Assembly (NCBI GenBank): GCA_001723845.1
Contig: MCBE01000110.1
Coordinates: 1 to 62,700, forward strand
Direction of reading: 5' to 3'
Length of the DNA: 62,700 nt
Origin: Candidatus Altiarchaeales archaeon WOR_SM1_SCG
GTDB lineage: Archaea; Altiarchaeota; Altiarchaeia; IMC4; WOR-SM1-SCG
Part shown: one piece after another, positions 1 through 10,100 of the stretch
Layout of the letters: every line of letters begins with the position of its first letter
Numbering within the stretch: the first letter of the stretch is position 1
Translations under genes and position numbers: made by a program
The notes under the pieces: generated by a model
What the model was told of the DNA's origin: nothing
The model's input: the letters and a program-made list of their open reading frames with translations, nothing else
The model's database searches: none

Positions 1-3000
1 GGATGCGATTGTTTTGTTCATTGTCCAGTTGAATGCCGGGACGAAACTTGTAGAATCGTGGGTAAAACTCCCGTTCGTCAAATACCCGCTCACAGTATTT
101 CCATGTGCAGACCTAAGCTTCAGTAAAGTCATATCACTATCGGTTACATTTATTACTCCCGTCCCCGTTCTTTTAAACTCCGTGGTAATATTGTGTGTCC
201 CGTAGCTGACATTGAACTTAACAGGTTGTGTCCCGGTCACGCCTTCATCGCCAATGGTGTCAAGTGATATTATTTCTTCTTCTAATATTACATTATCGTC
301 AACTTTAATCCTGATCCAGACTTCGTTTGGTACACCATCATCAGTTTCTTTTTTAACATTCACGGAAGTCAGCAAAACCAACTCCCTGCGAGGGGCAGAG
401 GTATTGAAATATTGAAGCACGCCACCCACATAAGTATCGCTGGCAAATGAGAAGTCCGGAACATTAAATTTAACCGCAAGCAGGGAAGTTGGCACAGGCA
501 CCCATATTTCACAGCTGATGTTGATCTGATCGGGTGATGTGTCTTCAGCGGATGTGACATTGAATACCGCCCAGAAACTCCCGTTAGTGGTGTTAAGGCA
601 TGTGAATTTAACGGTAGAATTCTGGTCGTGCGTCATGTTAGCGACAGTCCAGTTGCTTGATATAATCGTACAATTCCCAGTAGAGCAGTTGACGGTAACA
701 TTCGTGTTGTTTCCAAGGGATGTTAAATCAGCATACCCCGTCAGGTTCCCGCCGTTAATCGGTCCCGAACCAATATTAAGGTTTGACTGGTTCCACGAGA
801 TAGTTACACCCGAAATATTCAGGCAGCAGTCCCTTGTGTAATAATCGGAATAGGTATTGCTGCCGTCAAGGTCTATTGCCATTGCCCTGAAATTAACGCA
901 GTCCTGCCCCGAAAAATTTGATGTGTCCCATGAAAGTGTTGAATCCTCGGTGTGGTTTCCAATAACCGTCCACTGCTTACCGTCTATTGTCACCCAAACA
1001 CTTGTGTAGTTGATCTCATCTATTGTTGTTTCATTATACCAGTCCATATAAACCGCCCTTATCCTGAAGTCCTGTTTTGAGGAATTCTGCCATGCTGAAA
1101 GTATTCCTGCGTCGGTTGTCGTGAGAGTAAAGTTATGATGGGTTGTATTCAGCCCGTCTCCGGTGTATGTCTCATTCAAGCCGAATGTTCCGATAGTAAC
1201 AAAGTCGGTGCCGTTCCACATATCAAGCTCAATGTCAGGGTCGGTTGTTGACTGCTGAACGGATGCCGAGGGGTTATATGAAGAAACCTCAACCTTAACT
1301 GAAATGTTATCTATGCTGTAGTAATCGCTGTTCACATCAGTGTAATTTGTGTAGGATGTGTTTGTTTCGTTTGATGCTCCGCCTGAAGCCGGAGTAAAAG
1401 ATGCTGCCACCCTTACCAAACGATTGACAGTTCCCGTAAAAGTAGAATCTAATGATGCTTCTCCGCTTGCACCCCGAAGTTCTGCAACAGCGAATTGTGA
1501 AGAAGCATCCGTAAAGTCCCACAATTCAACTTGACCTTGTCCGTGCGCCCAAGAACCAGTATTTCCCTCTTCTGCTGCTGAAAATACCCATGCATCATTA
1601 GAAGGACTTAATGTATTTGTAATTGTAGCGCCAACTGTTTGATAAGTTCCGTCTGTGGCTTCAGGAGGACCTTGATTCACACCAATATATTCTGCAGCAA
1701 AGGCATGGGCGTCTAATGTGCTGACTGGGCTGATTGTAATGGATATTGTATTGGCACCGTCAGACGGAAGGTCATCTTCGAGTATATACCAGATTTCTGC
1801 TCTGTTGGCATACCCCGCGGCGACTGTGCTGTCTTCAACAGCTTGGGTCATTGCCTGACCGCCATAAGTTATAGCTGTTATGTCATTAATACCGTTGTTT
1901 TCTGCACCAACATAAACAACAACAATCCTATCAGAACCAGAAACAAGGGTATGTAAAAATGATAATGGCGAGGCTGAACTTGAACCACTTGTATCAGTTC
2001 CTACTTTTGTGATGGTGCTGCCTCCACCTCCACTTCCCGCCATGCTTACATCACTCGTATTCTGAACGGTTGTCACATTCTGAAGTGCCGCCTCAATAAC
2101 ATAAGTAATATTATCCCCATTAGCGTCTGTTGAGCCGGAGGCGTTTATCTCAACCGTGCCTGATGTGGTTATGTTGCAGTCAGAGGAGCCGTCAAATGTT
2201 ATGTTTGTCGGGGTTGTCGGGGGGGATTGTATAAATTCACAGCTTACATTAATCTGATCCGGTGTTGTGTCCTCATCTGAAGTAACATTGAACACCGCCC
2301 AGAAACTCCCTGCTGTGCTGTCATTGCAGGTGAACTGGACAGGCGACTGCTGCCCGTCTGACATGGAGGTTACTGTCCAGTTGTGCGTTATCGTGCCGGT
2401 GTTCCCTGCATTACAGTCCCCTGAATCACAAGTAACATTAACATCTGTGTTCGCGCCTGTTGAATTAATATCAGCAGAACCGGTTAAATTGCCAGCACCC
2501 TGGTATCCCGAACTTAAGTTGAGGGTTGACTGGTTCCATGCTACCGCGCTTACAGATGGTCGAATTGCTATCGTATTTCCAGCCCAAGCCGAGCTGGCGC
2601 TTAATGTATGTTGTCCCGGGTTTTCTGATGCTGCATTAAGTTCCCTCCGTGCGGATGCCACTTCTGCTGAAGCAGTGCCGCCGCCGCTGGATTGAGTAAA
2701 TACGCTATTGCCGTAGTTTGCAGGATAACTACTAACTGTTGCTGTTGAAGAATAACCTAAATAAGCAATCCATAGAGTATCGGCAGGTCCCCATGCCGGT
2801 GTTACAGCAGGCAGGTCTGGAAATTGAGTTGTAGCCTGAGCTCCCGCCCCAACAGCAACACCGTTGGTGATTGAGCCGTACCAGCTTGCTGCGCTTATCC
2901 TGTAAACCTGCGCCGCTGCTTCTTCGTTAGCAGAAGTTTGAAAATTAACCGTTGTTCCGCCTTCAGTGCCGTCAGAAATTTTTGCATAAATTGAAGCACG

Positions 3001-4005
3001 TACACGGCTATTAATTTCAACTGTTGTAGAAAGAAATGTCCAACCCCCGGGTGTTGCTACAGTTGCGCTGCCATCATTAGTAAATAAAACAAGCAGTAAA
3101 TCCCCGCTGGTTACTGTTGCAGGCATATTAACATTGTGAACTGTTGTGCCTGGAGTGAATGGAGTGGCTGTAATTGAGAGGACTTGCGAGAATGGATCAA
3201 TAATATGGTCAAACTCAAGATAAGCCGATGAATCATTATCATAATTTTTAATCCTTAAATCAAAGGTATCGTGGCTTCCAATCATTCCGGTTAAATAAAT
3301 TTTATAATATTTTGTTCCGGTGATTATCGGGAATTCCGTTATTTTCTCCGTGCTGTTGAAGTAATAGACCTCAACAGTTGTGTTCAAACCCCGGATATTT
3401 CTCGGGTAAATTGTGATATCATTTTTAGAGGTTAGATTCTTCTCAAAAGTAACTCTAACATATTCTCCTTCATAGATCGGTTCTGACCATATACCATCCA
3501 ATGCTTTAACCTCTTCAAAGATGTCTGACACCGGCGTTCTGTTTGCGTTCAGGTGCAGGGCTTTTGTTGCAAGAATAAAGGCATCGTTATTTGCATACTC
3601 AACATCCTCGCCGAACCTGAACTTTAGATGGTGTTTTCCTGCCGAAAGAACCTTACCTGTCTCCGTTCCCGTTTCACTGCACTCGTAATCCCTGATTAAA
3701 ATTGAATTATTAATTAATTCGTAATTTAAGGTTTCATCCCCGCACCTGACTTCAAGGAACATTAAATCTTTATTAAATTCGGTTCCGTTAACGGCGGTAA
3801 TCCACAGGTCAGCGGTTCCGGTTGTGTTGAACATGACCGTCCATGTTCCTCCGACCGCCGGGTATTCCTGCGGGTTTTTGATTGTGAGGTCTGCTTCTGC
3901 CGCGGGAGTGCCTGATGTTACATAAAGGGCGCACGCTAACGCTGCGAAAAGCAAAAACAATCCGGTTACTATTACCGTCTTATTGTGGGTTGGTTTTTGG
4001 GTCAT
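1..4005 (-). CDS. Large exported surface/adhesin-like protein, N-terminal >=1335 codons (3' end lies beyond the left edge, so it is absent from the ORF track)
   Basis: Own translation of the minus strand in the frame of ATG 4005-4003 gives MTQKPTHNKTVIVTGLFLLFAALACALYV... The frame was open wherever I checked it (around 3660, 3240, 2340, 60). Residues ~35-135 (PQEYPAVGGTWTVMFNTTGTADLWITAVNGTEFNKDLMF...GKHHLKFRFG) match the 148-aa ORFs upstream. An internal duplicated ~100-aa module ends GSFWAVFNVTS(D/A)EDT(T/S)PDQIN(V/I)SCE near 2230-2530 and 500-800. Confidence 0.75.
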   Translation of the reverse strand, partial: MTQKPTHNKTVIVTGLFLLFAALACALYVTSGTPAAEADLTIKNPQEYPAVGGTWTVMFNTTGTADLWITAVNGTEFNKDLMFLEVRCGDETLNYELINNSILIRDYECSETGTETGKVLSAGKHHLKFRFGEDVEYANNDAFILATKALHLNANRTPVSDIFEEVKALDGIWSEPIYEGEYVRVTFEKNLTSKNDITIYPRNIRGLNTTVEVYYFNSTEKITEFPIITGTKYYKIYLTGMIGSHDTFDLRIKNYDNDSSAYLEFDHIIDPFSQVLSITATPFTPGTTVHNVNMPATVTSGDLLLVLFTNDGSATVATPGGWTFLSTTVEINSRVRASIYAKISDGTEGGTTVNFQTSANEEAAAQVYRISAASWYGSITNGVAVGAGAQATTQFPDLPAVTPAWGPADTLWIAYLGYSSTATVSSYPANYGNSVFTQSSGGGTASAEVASARRELNAASENPGQHTLSASSAWAGNTIAIRPSVSAVAWNQSTLNLSSGYQGAGNLTGSADINSTGANTDVNVTCDSGDCNAGNTGTITHNWTVTSMSDGQQSPVQFTCNDSTAGSFWAVFNVTSDEDTTPDQINVSCEFIQSPPTTPTNITFDGSSDCNITTSGTVEINASGSTDANGDNITYVIEAALQNVTTVQNTSDVSMAGSGGGGSTITKVGTDTSGSSSASPLSFLHTLVSGSDRIVVVYVGAENNGINDITAITYGGQAMTQAVEDSTVAAGYANRAEIWYILEDDLPSDGANTISITISPVSTLDAHAFAAEYIGVNQGPPEATDGTYQTVGATITNTLSPSNDAWVFSAAEEGNTGSWAHGQGQVELWDFTDASSQFAVAELRGASGEASLDSTFTGTVNRLVRVAASFTPASGGASNETNTSYTNYTDVNSDYYSIDNISVKVEVSSYNPSASVQQSTTDPDIELDMWNGTDFVTIGTFGLNETYTGDGLNTTHHNFTLTTTDAGILSAWQNSSKQDFRIRAVYMDWYNETTIDEINYTSVWVTIDGKQWTVIGNHTEDSTLSWDTSNFSGQDCVNFRAMAIDLDGSNTYSDYYTRDCCLNISGVTISWNQSNLNIGSGPINGGNLTGYADLTSLGNNTNVTVNCSTGNCTIISSNWTVANMTHDQNSTVKFTCLNTTNGSFWAVFNVTSAEDTSPDQINISCEIWVPVPTSLLAVKFNVPDFSFASDTYVGGVLQYFNTSAPRRELVLLTSVNVKKETDDGVPNEVWIRIKVDDNVILEEEIISLDTIGDEGVTGTQPVKFNVSYGTHNITTEFKRTGTGVINVTDSDMTLLKLRSAHGNTVSGYLTNGSFTHDSTSFVPAFNWTMNKTIAS

Positions 4006-4007
4006 GC

Positions 4008-5447
4008 TTAAGTTTTTGATTTTTCAAACATATTTTCACAATCTTTTTGACGCATTTTTTGACGCATTTTTGACGCATCTTGCGTCAAAAGTGAATATTT
4101 TAATTTTCTTTTTCCGGTGTCCGTGCTTTTTAAAACACCCTTTTTAACTAAATTCACCAGGTCTCTTGAAGCCGTGTATCTTGATACTTTATTAAGTTCC
4201 CTGTACTCCTTATTACCCATACCACCCTGTTTTAAAACATAGTTTACGCCCGCTATTTGTCTCTCGTTCAATCCGAGCTTTTTAAGATTTTCAAGTAAAG
4301 GAGGTAATCTAAAAACTATGACAAAATCTCCCGCTATAATTTTAAACTCCGGTTCCGGTAAACCATATCTGTTGCATTCCCTTATAATATCATTTGTTCC
4401 TGTTCCAACCTCCTCTATGTATTTAATCCAGAATAGTCCCCTGGCTAATAAAGGATTGCGGGGGAATGATTTGTGCGGCTTTCTTAAATCATCAAGAGTT
4501 AAAGGAGAAATTAAAGTCCCGGGGTTCCATATTTCAATCCGGTCATCAAAAACCCTGACCTGAACCTTAGAAGGATTCTCATAATCCCTGTGAACAACGG
4601 CGTTTGTAATTGCTTCCCTTATTGCCCATGGAGGGTATTGATACTTTTCAGTTCTTTGAACACCTTTTTCAGCAGGGAAAACTGATTTTTGTATATTTCT
4701 CAAAACAAATTTTTCTGCCTCATTAATTTGCTCAATAATATTTCCTTCAATAACCTGGAAATCAATGAAAGGTTTGACTGGTTCATCTCCTTTAAATCTG
4801 ATACATTTAATTTCTGACTGGATAAAGAAATCCTGCGGCAGTTTTCCAAACAAAAGAGCAGCTGCGTTAGTCAGTTTTCCATCCTGTGTTAAGTTCAATT
4901 TCATCAATGCTTCCTCAACGGATGTATTTTCCAGGATATTAAGCCCCCTTTGTATTCTCGCTTCTCTTAAAAACCACCTCACAGTTTTCTCATCAATATC
5001 ATCCGGACCTGCTTCTTCAGAGATTTCGGAACCCCATGATCTGCTCTTCTTTTCTATGATAATCCTCTCAATCTCATCGGGAGGAATTATCACATTTTCG
5101 GTTCCGATTCTCTTGTATGCGACCCCGTCCAGGTAATAGAGCCTGTTTATTCCCCCTTCTATCCCGACTTTAATGATATTCTTTTTGCATGCTCCAAGAA
5201 CCGTGATTTCCGGGCTTACTTCCGGCTTTATCTTCTGCCTTATTTTCTGTGATATTGACCTTAATGTGGAGTCAGAGACATCCTGCCCGATTACTTTCCC
5301 TTCATGGATTCCAAAATACAGCCCCCCGCCCCTGTGGTTCAAAAACCCACATACTGCCTTCAGACCCTTCTCTAACTGAGCCGTTGATTTCTTGAATTCT
5401 ACCTTCTCGGATTCACCGTATTTTAGTAATTCATTTATTTCATTCAT
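4008..5447 (-). CDS. COG2865-type putative regulator R1: AlbA_2/Schlafen-like N-domain + HATPase_c_4-like domain + C-terminal wHTH
   Basis: 479-aa ORF. ESEKVEFKKS...LKAVCGFLNHRGGGLYFGI marks the AlbA_2-type N-terminus. REAITNAVVHRDY...VRVFDDRIEIWNPG...EEVGTGTNDII...GLPEPEF marks the HATPase_c_4-type domain. LNERQIAGVNYVLK...YRELNKVSRYTASRDLVNLVKKGVL marks the wHTH. The stop lies 2 nt from the adhesin ATG. Confidence 0.8.
   Translation of the reverse strand: MNEINELLKYGESEKVEFKKSTAQLEKGLKAVCGFLNHRGGGLYFGIHEGKVIGQDVSDSTLRSISQKIRQKIKPEVSPEITVLGACKKNIIKVGIEGGINRLYYLDGVAYKRIGTENVIIPPDEIERIIIEKKSRSWGSEISEEAGPDDIDEKTVRWFLREARIQRGLNILENTSVEEALMKLNLTQDGKLTNAAALLFGKLPQDFFIQSEIKCIRFKGDEPVKPFIDFQVIEGNIIEQINEAEKFVLRNIQKSVFPAEKGVQRTEKYQYPPWAIREAITNAVVHRDYENPSKVQVRVFDDRIEIWNPGTLISPLTLDDLRKPHKSFPRNPLLARGLFWIKYIEEVGTGTNDIIRECNRYGLPEPEFKIIAGDFVIVFRLPPLLENLKKLGLNERQIAGVNYVLKQGGMGNKEYRELNKVSRYTASRDLVNLVKKGVLKSTDTGKRKLKYSLLTQDASKMRQKMRQKDCENMFEKSKT
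4045..4090. repeat. Phased short repeats: TTTTTGACGCA x3 (spacing 12 and 11 nt) followed by the inverted TGCGTCA
   Basis: GACGCA at 4049, 4061 and 4072; TGCGTCA at 4081-4087. They lie inside the 3' end of R1 (encoding KMRQKMRQK). Confidence 0.7.
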
Positions 5448-5890
5448 TCTTTTTTGAGGACATAATAAATATTAGGATTATGAGTTTGTAAGCCGAACCT
5501 GAACTTTAGATGATGCTTTCCTGAAGTAAGAACCTTACCTGTCCCCGTTCCCGTTTCACCGCACTCGTAATTCCCGACGAAAATTGAATTATTAATTAAT
5601 TCGTAATTTAAGGTTTCATTCCCGCACCTGACTGCGACGAACATTAAATCTTTATTAAATTCGGTTCCGTTAACGGCGGTAATCCACAGGTCAGCGGTTC
5701 CGGTTGTGTTGAACATGACCGTCCAGGATCCGCCGACCGCGGGGTAGGACTGGGGGTTAATTATCGTGATATTCGCATCCCCGCCGGGCGGGCTTTCTGA
5801 CGCAATCGGAAGAGCGCACGCTAACGCTATGAAAAGCACGATTAGTCCGGTTCCGGACAACGCCTTAATTCGGGTTGTTTTTTGTGTCAT
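5444..5890 (-). CDS. Small exported protein s1 (148 aa): a duplicated copy of the adhesin N-terminal domain
   Basis: The ORF has a hydrophobic N-terminal segment (ALSGTGLIVLFIALACALPIA) followed by one beta-rich domain homologous to residues ~35-135 of the 1-4005 protein. Its stop overlaps the R1 start by ATGA (5444-5447). Confidence 0.6.
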   Translation of the reverse strand: MTQKTTRIKALSGTGLIVLFIALACALPIASESPPGGDANITIINPQSYPAVGGSWTVMFNTTGTADLWITAVNGTEFNKDLMFVAVRCGNETLNYELINNSIFVGNYECGETGTGTGKVLTSGKHHLKFRFGLQTHNPNIYYVLKKE

Positions 5891-6090
5891 GATTTTTTTG
5901 GTTTGGATTTTGATTTTTTGGATTTTTGATTTTCTCTGTTTTTTATCAGGTAATTTATCAAGTAATTTGATTTGAGGTTTCAGATTTTTGAAACCGCTGC
6001 AACTTCTGCAACCGCTAAAGTTAAAGCGACCATTATCGGCATGCTTTGCCGTTCCCTGCTTATTTTAATGTTTTGCGTCATTTTTATCGT

Positions 6091-6120
6091 TTATGTCCTG
6101 TTATGTCCTGTTATGTCCCC
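6091..6120. repeat. 10-nt tandem repeat TTATGTCCTG x3
   Basis: Read directly from the sequence. Lies in the R2-s1 intergenic region. TTTTGCGTCA motifs flank it at 6071-6080, 6150-6159 and 6161-6170. Confidence 0.8.
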
Positions 6121-6189
6121 TTTATTAGTTGCTTATTTATCCTTTATTGTTTTGCGTCATTTTTGCGTCATGTTGACGCGAAAGTACAG

Positions 6190-6233
6190 CCGTTAATCGT
6201 CCGTTAATCGTCCGTTAATCGTCCGTTATGTCC
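6190..6233. repeat. 11-nt tandem repeat CCGTTAATCGT x3 plus a partial fourth copy, spanning the R2 stop codon
   Basis: Read directly from the sequence. Units at 6190-6200, 6201-6211 and 6212-6222, then the degenerate CCGTTATGTCC. Confidence 0.8.
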
Positions 6234-7587
6234 GTAAAGTGTAATATGTGCCTCTTCCCTTTCCTGTCAAATAAATGATTCCCTTGTTGACCATATCCAA
6301 AAGGTCCTCGTAGGCAACGGTTTTTTCAACATTACAAATTTGACAGTAGGTTCTCCTATTTATTTTGCCTTGTTTTTTCAGGTATTCTATTGCTTTTCTT
6401 TGCCTTTCATTCAAATTAAATCTATCAATGTAGGTATCAGCATACTTATTTCTCCATATCGTTACCACAAAACACCCCATCTTTTCTTCAAATTTTGGCT
6501 CAGGCAAGCCATTGTCTCTGCACAGCATTATTACATCAGTAGTTCCGCCTCCCGCGTCTTCTACATAACCTGCCCTGTAAAGCTGCCTGAATATCAATGA
6601 ATTTTTTGGTATTGATGGGTGCGGCTTTTTTAAGTCATCTATTTTTAATTGCCCTGGCAAAGAGCCGGGATTCCATATCTCAACCCGGTCAGGAAATATT
6701 CTCACCTGAACTTTGGAAGGGGACTCGTAGTCCCTGTGAACAACTGCATTGACAATACATTCCCGTACAGCATCTTCCGGGATTTCATACGGGTTCTTTG
6801 CCGATGCTTTTCCGGGTTCAAGCCATAAAGGTCTGTGAATATTCTCCAATACAAATACTAGTGATTTATCAACCTGGTCAAATAAAGTTCCTTCATAAGA
6901 GCAGTAACTTGTATAGGGCTTCACAAATTCCGTTGTTGGGAGTACAATGCATTTAACTCCGGATTGAATAAATTCCGGTTCCTTGCTGAAAAGCAGGACT
7001 GCAGCATTTGTTAATCGCCCGTCTTTTGATAATTTTATTCTCATTAATATGTCATCAGCTGGTGTGTCTTCCGGGATATTCATCCTTTTTTGTCTTATTC
7101 CTTCTTTCAGGAACCACCTCACTTTCTCCTCGTCCATATCTTTAAAATCAGCGTCCGGAGAGATTTGCTTATCCCATTGATTCTTCCGCCTTTCCATGAT
7201 AATTCTTTCAAGTTCTTCAGGAGGGATCACAGAATTCTCGGTTCCGACTCTTTTGTAGGCAATCCCGTTTAAATAGCAGGGTTTATTCAGCCCCTCTTTT
7301 ACCTTTACTTCAATAACCTTTTCTTTGCCCGTTCCAAGAACCGTGATTTCCGGGCTTATCTCAGGCTTTATCTTCTGCCTTATTTTCTGTGATATTGACC
7401 TCAAAGTGGAGTCCGAAACCTCCTGCCCGACTACCTTCCCTCCGTGGATTCCGAAATAAACGCTGCCTCCCTTGTGGTTCAAAAACCCACATACTGCCTT
7501 CAGACCCTTCTCTAACTGAGCCGTTGATTTCTTGAATTCTACCTTCTCGGATTCGCTATATTTTAGTAATTCATTTATTTCATTCAT
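6226..7587 (-). CDS. COG2865-type putative regulator R2 (AlbA_2-like + HATPase_c_4-like + wHTH)
   Basis: 453-aa ORF. The first ~85 aa are almost identical to R1, R4 and R5. Motifs: RECIVNAVVHRDY...VRIFPDRVEIWNPG...EDAGGGTTDVI...GLPEPKF, then LNERQRKAIEYLKK. Confidence 0.8.
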   Translation of the reverse strand: MNEINELLKYSESEKVEFKKSTAQLEKGLKAVCGFLNHKGGSVYFGIHGGKVVGQEVSDSTLRSISQKIRQKIKPEISPEITVLGTGKEKVIEVKVKEGLNKPCYLNGIAYKRVGTENSVIPPEELERIIMERRKNQWDKQISPDADFKDMDEEKVRWFLKEGIRQKRMNIPEDTPADDILMRIKLSKDGRLTNAAVLLFSKEPEFIQSGVKCIVLPTTEFVKPYTSYCSYEGTLFDQVDKSLVFVLENIHRPLWLEPGKASAKNPYEIPEDAVRECIVNAVVHRDYESPSKVQVRIFPDRVEIWNPGSLPGQLKIDDLKKPHPSIPKNSLIFRQLYRAGYVEDAGGGTTDVIMLCRDNGLPEPKFEEKMGCFVVTIWRNKYADTYIDRFNLNERQRKAIEYLKKQGKINRRTYCQICNVEKTVAYEDLLDMVNKGIIYLTGKGRGTYYTLRT

Positions 7588-8030
7588 TCTTTTTTGAGGA
7601 CATAATAAATATTAGGATTATGAGTTTGTAAGCCGAATTTGAACTCCAGATGGTGCTTTCCTGAAGTAAGAACCTTACCTGTCCCCGTTCCCGTTTCACT
7701 GCACTCGTAATTCCCGACGAAAATTGAATTATTAATTAATTCGTAATTTAAGATTTCATTCCCGCACCTGACTGCGACGAACTCTAAATCTTTATTAAAT
7801 TCGGTTCCGTTAACGGCGGTAATCCGGAGGTCTGCGGTTCCGGTTGTGTTGAACATTACCGTCCAGTTGCCGCCGACCGCGGGGTAGGACTGGGGGTTAA
7901 TTATCGTGATATTCGCATCCCCGCCGGGCGGGCTTTCTGACGCAATCGGAAGAGCGCACGCTAACGCTATGAAAAGCACGATTAGTCCGGTTCCGGACAA
8001 CGCCTTAATGCGGGTTGTTTTTTGTGTCAT
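7584..8030 (-). CDS. Small exported protein s2 (148 aa), paralogue of s1
   Basis: Differs from s1 at only a handful of residues. ATGA overlap with the R2 start (7584-7587). Confidence 0.6.
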   Translation of the reverse strand: MTQKTTRIKALSGTGLIVLFIALACALPIASESPPGGDANITIINPQSYPAVGGNWTVMFNTTGTADLRITAVNGTEFNKDLEFVAVRCGNEILNYELINNSIFVGNYECSETGTGTGKVLTSGKHHLEFKFGLQTHNPNIYYVLKKE

Positions 8031-8069
8031 GATTTTTTTGGTTTGGATTTTGATTTTTTTTGATTTTAT

Positions 8070-9554
8070 TTATTGATTTATGGTATCATTTGCAGTATCA
8101 TTAAACTTGTGATGCCCTGTTTTTGCGGAACTGATTTTGTTATCGTCCGATTTATCGTCCGATTTATCGTCCGATTTTGATACATAATATGTTCCGGGAC
8201 CCGATGATTTGCTTACAATAATCTTTTTATTTACAAGATTTACAATATCTCTATGAGCCGTATCTTTTGCAACACCGGATAATTTTCTATATTCCTTATT
8301 TGTAATCTTTCCTTTAATTTGAAGATATTCAATCGCTTTCTTCTGCCTTTCATTTAATTCAATCCCGGCAGTATCAATAACCCTTTCTACATTTGGATTC
8401 CTGAACCTTATCACAAACCATCCTAGTCTCTCTTCAAATTCCGGCGGCGGGAGTTCCCATTTTTCTAAATCTTCCCGGATTCTCAAAAAACCGGTTCCAC
8501 GTTTATCCATGATGTCCAGATTATTGAAAACGCCTGCAATAATCTTGTTTCTGGTTTCAGGCGTGTAGTCATCGTTTTTGATGTTATCAACCGTAAGGGG
8601 TCTCAATAATTCGCCGGGGCTTAAAATCTCAATAAATGAGTTGTACATCCGGATTAAAATTGTTTCCTGCTTATGCCAATCCCTGTGAACCAGTGCATTA
8701 ATCGTAGCTTCTCTTAAGGCATTAATCGGGTACTCCGTCCGGACTTCTGTTTTAAATCCGACAACCCTTGCTGGTGTTCGCATGTTTTTCAGGAAGAATT
8801 TCTCCGCCTGCTTTATAATTTTAAATAATGTTCCCCTTAAATCTTTTCTGTCAAGCCATTCAACTCTCGTATCTCCGATATACCGATCTGCTTTTACTTC
8901 GCTGTGGTGCAAATCACGGTAAGGGTCTGCCCCAAACAACAGGATGCCTGCAAGCGTAGGCGTTAATCCGCCGTTATCTTTGACAATGAAATGTTCTTTT
9001 TCCATTAGCTCAATTAAGTAGTCATTAGTTAATTGTTTTGTTAATTTACTCTTTTTCAGGTATTTTTCCACTGCTTTTAAATCCAGATCATCAAGGGTTG
9101 CATTCTCAACCGGATAAATGTCCTGTGATTTTGAAGAGCCTTCCCGGTATAACCTTGCGATTTCCTCTTTGTTTGCAGGCATGCTGGATGAGCCGATCCT
9201 GACTCTCGGATTGTGTTCCCCGCGGACAAAGTACGGCGTGTCCTTACCTTTCGGGCAGTGAATTACTATGAAATCTTTGTTCTTGTATTTCACGAATTCG
9301 ATTTCAGGCTCTTCATCCAACCTGCACCAGTGCCTGATTATTTGCGTAAACTTGTTCTCCGTTTTCTGTGCATCGGATAAGCCAACCGGTTTTCTTGTCT
9401 CATCCGCAACACCGATGATGATTTTACCGCCCCTGCCGTTGTATAGGGATGTCACTAACTGAGCGACTTTATTTGATTCCGGTAGTTCCAGCTTAAAGTC
9501 TATGTCTTTGTTTTCTTTTTCTTCAAGCAATTTTTCAAACTCTTTTTCTTTCAT
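8070..9554 (-). CDS. COG2865-type putative regulator R3 (divergent paralogue)
   Basis: 494-aa ORF. The N-terminus differs from the others (DIDFKLELP...LYNGRGGKIIIGV) but keeps the AlbA_2 pattern. Motifs: REATINALVHRDW...IRMYNSFIEILSPG...DKRGTGFLRI...ELPPPEF, then LNERQKKAIEYLQ. The C-terminus carries the KSDD x3 repeat. Confidence 0.75.
   Translation of the reverse strand: MKEKEFEKLLEEKENKDIDFKLELPESNKVAQLVTSLYNGRGGKIIIGVADETRKPVGLSDAQKTENKFTQIIRHWCRLDEEPEIEFVKYKNKDFIVIHCPKGKDTPYFVRGEHNPRVRIGSSSMPANKEEIARLYREGSSKSQDIYPVENATLDDLDLKAVEKYLKKSKLTKQLTNDYLIELMEKEHFIVKDNGGLTPTLAGILLFGADPYRDLHHSEVKADRYIGDTRVEWLDRKDLRGTLFKIIKQAEKFFLKNMRTPARVVGFKTEVRTEYPINALREATINALVHRDWHKQETILIRMYNSFIEILSPGELLRPLTVDNIKNDDYTPETRNKIIAGVFNNLDIMDKRGTGFLRIREDLEKWELPPPEFEERLGWFVIRFRNPNVERVIDTAGIELNERQKKAIEYLQIKGKITNKEYRKLSGVAKDTAHRDIVNLVNKKIIVSKSSGPGTYYVSKSDDKSDDKSDDNKISSAKTGHHKFNDTANDTINQ
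8142..8177. repeat. 12-nt tandem repeat ATCGTCCGATTT x3 (in frame; encodes KSDDKSDDKSDD of R3)
   Basis: Read directly from the sequence. Shares the CGGACGAT core (minus strand) with the 6190-6233 repeat. Confidence 0.8.
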
Positions 9555-10024
9555 GGGTTTTTCTTTTTGAAATTTTTATTTTGAGATGAGATAAAAGTAT
9601 ATTTTTCGGCGTACTCAACAGCATCGCTAAATCTGAACTCCAGATGATGCTTTCCTGCCGAAAGAACCTTACCTGTCCCCGTTCCCGTTTCACTGCACTC
9701 GTAATTCCCGACGAAAATTGAATTATTAATTAATTCGTAATTTAAGGTTTCATTCCCGCACCTGACCCCAAGGAACATTAAATCTTTATTAAATTCGGTT
9801 CCGTTAACGGCGGTAATCCACAGGTCTGCGGTTCCGGTTGTGTTGAACATGACAGTCCAGGATCCGCCGACCGCGGGGTAGGACTGGGGGTTAATTATCG
9901 TGATATTCGCATCCCCGCCGGGCGGGCTTTCTGACGCAATCGGAAGATCGCACGCTAACGCTATGAAAAGCACGATTAGTCCGGTTCCGGACAACGCCTT
10001 AATGCGGGTTGTTTTTGGAGTCAT
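9551..10024 (-). CDS. Small exported protein s3 (~157 aa from MTPKTTRIKALSG; the ORF track extends it to 10096)
   Basis: Same domain as s1 and s2 but a different C-terminal junction (EFRFSDAVEYAEKYTF...). That junction follows the adhesin sequence (KFRFGEDVEYANNDAF) for ~12 further codons. ATGA overlap with the R3 start (9551-9554). The start at 10024 was chosen by alignment with s1 and s2. Confidence 0.55.
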   Translation of the reverse strand: MTPKTTRIKALSGTGLIVLFIALACDLPIASESPPGGDANITIINPQSYPAVGGSWTVMFNTTGTADLWITAVNGTEFNKDLMFLGVRCGNETLNYELINNSIFVGNYECSETGTGTGKVLSAGKHHLEFRFSDAVEYAEKYTFISSQNKNFKKKNP

Positions 10025-10100
10025 GATTTTTTTTTGATTTTTGATTTTTTTTTTGATTTTTGATTTTTTTGTTTGTATATATTTTTCCGACATCAATTTT

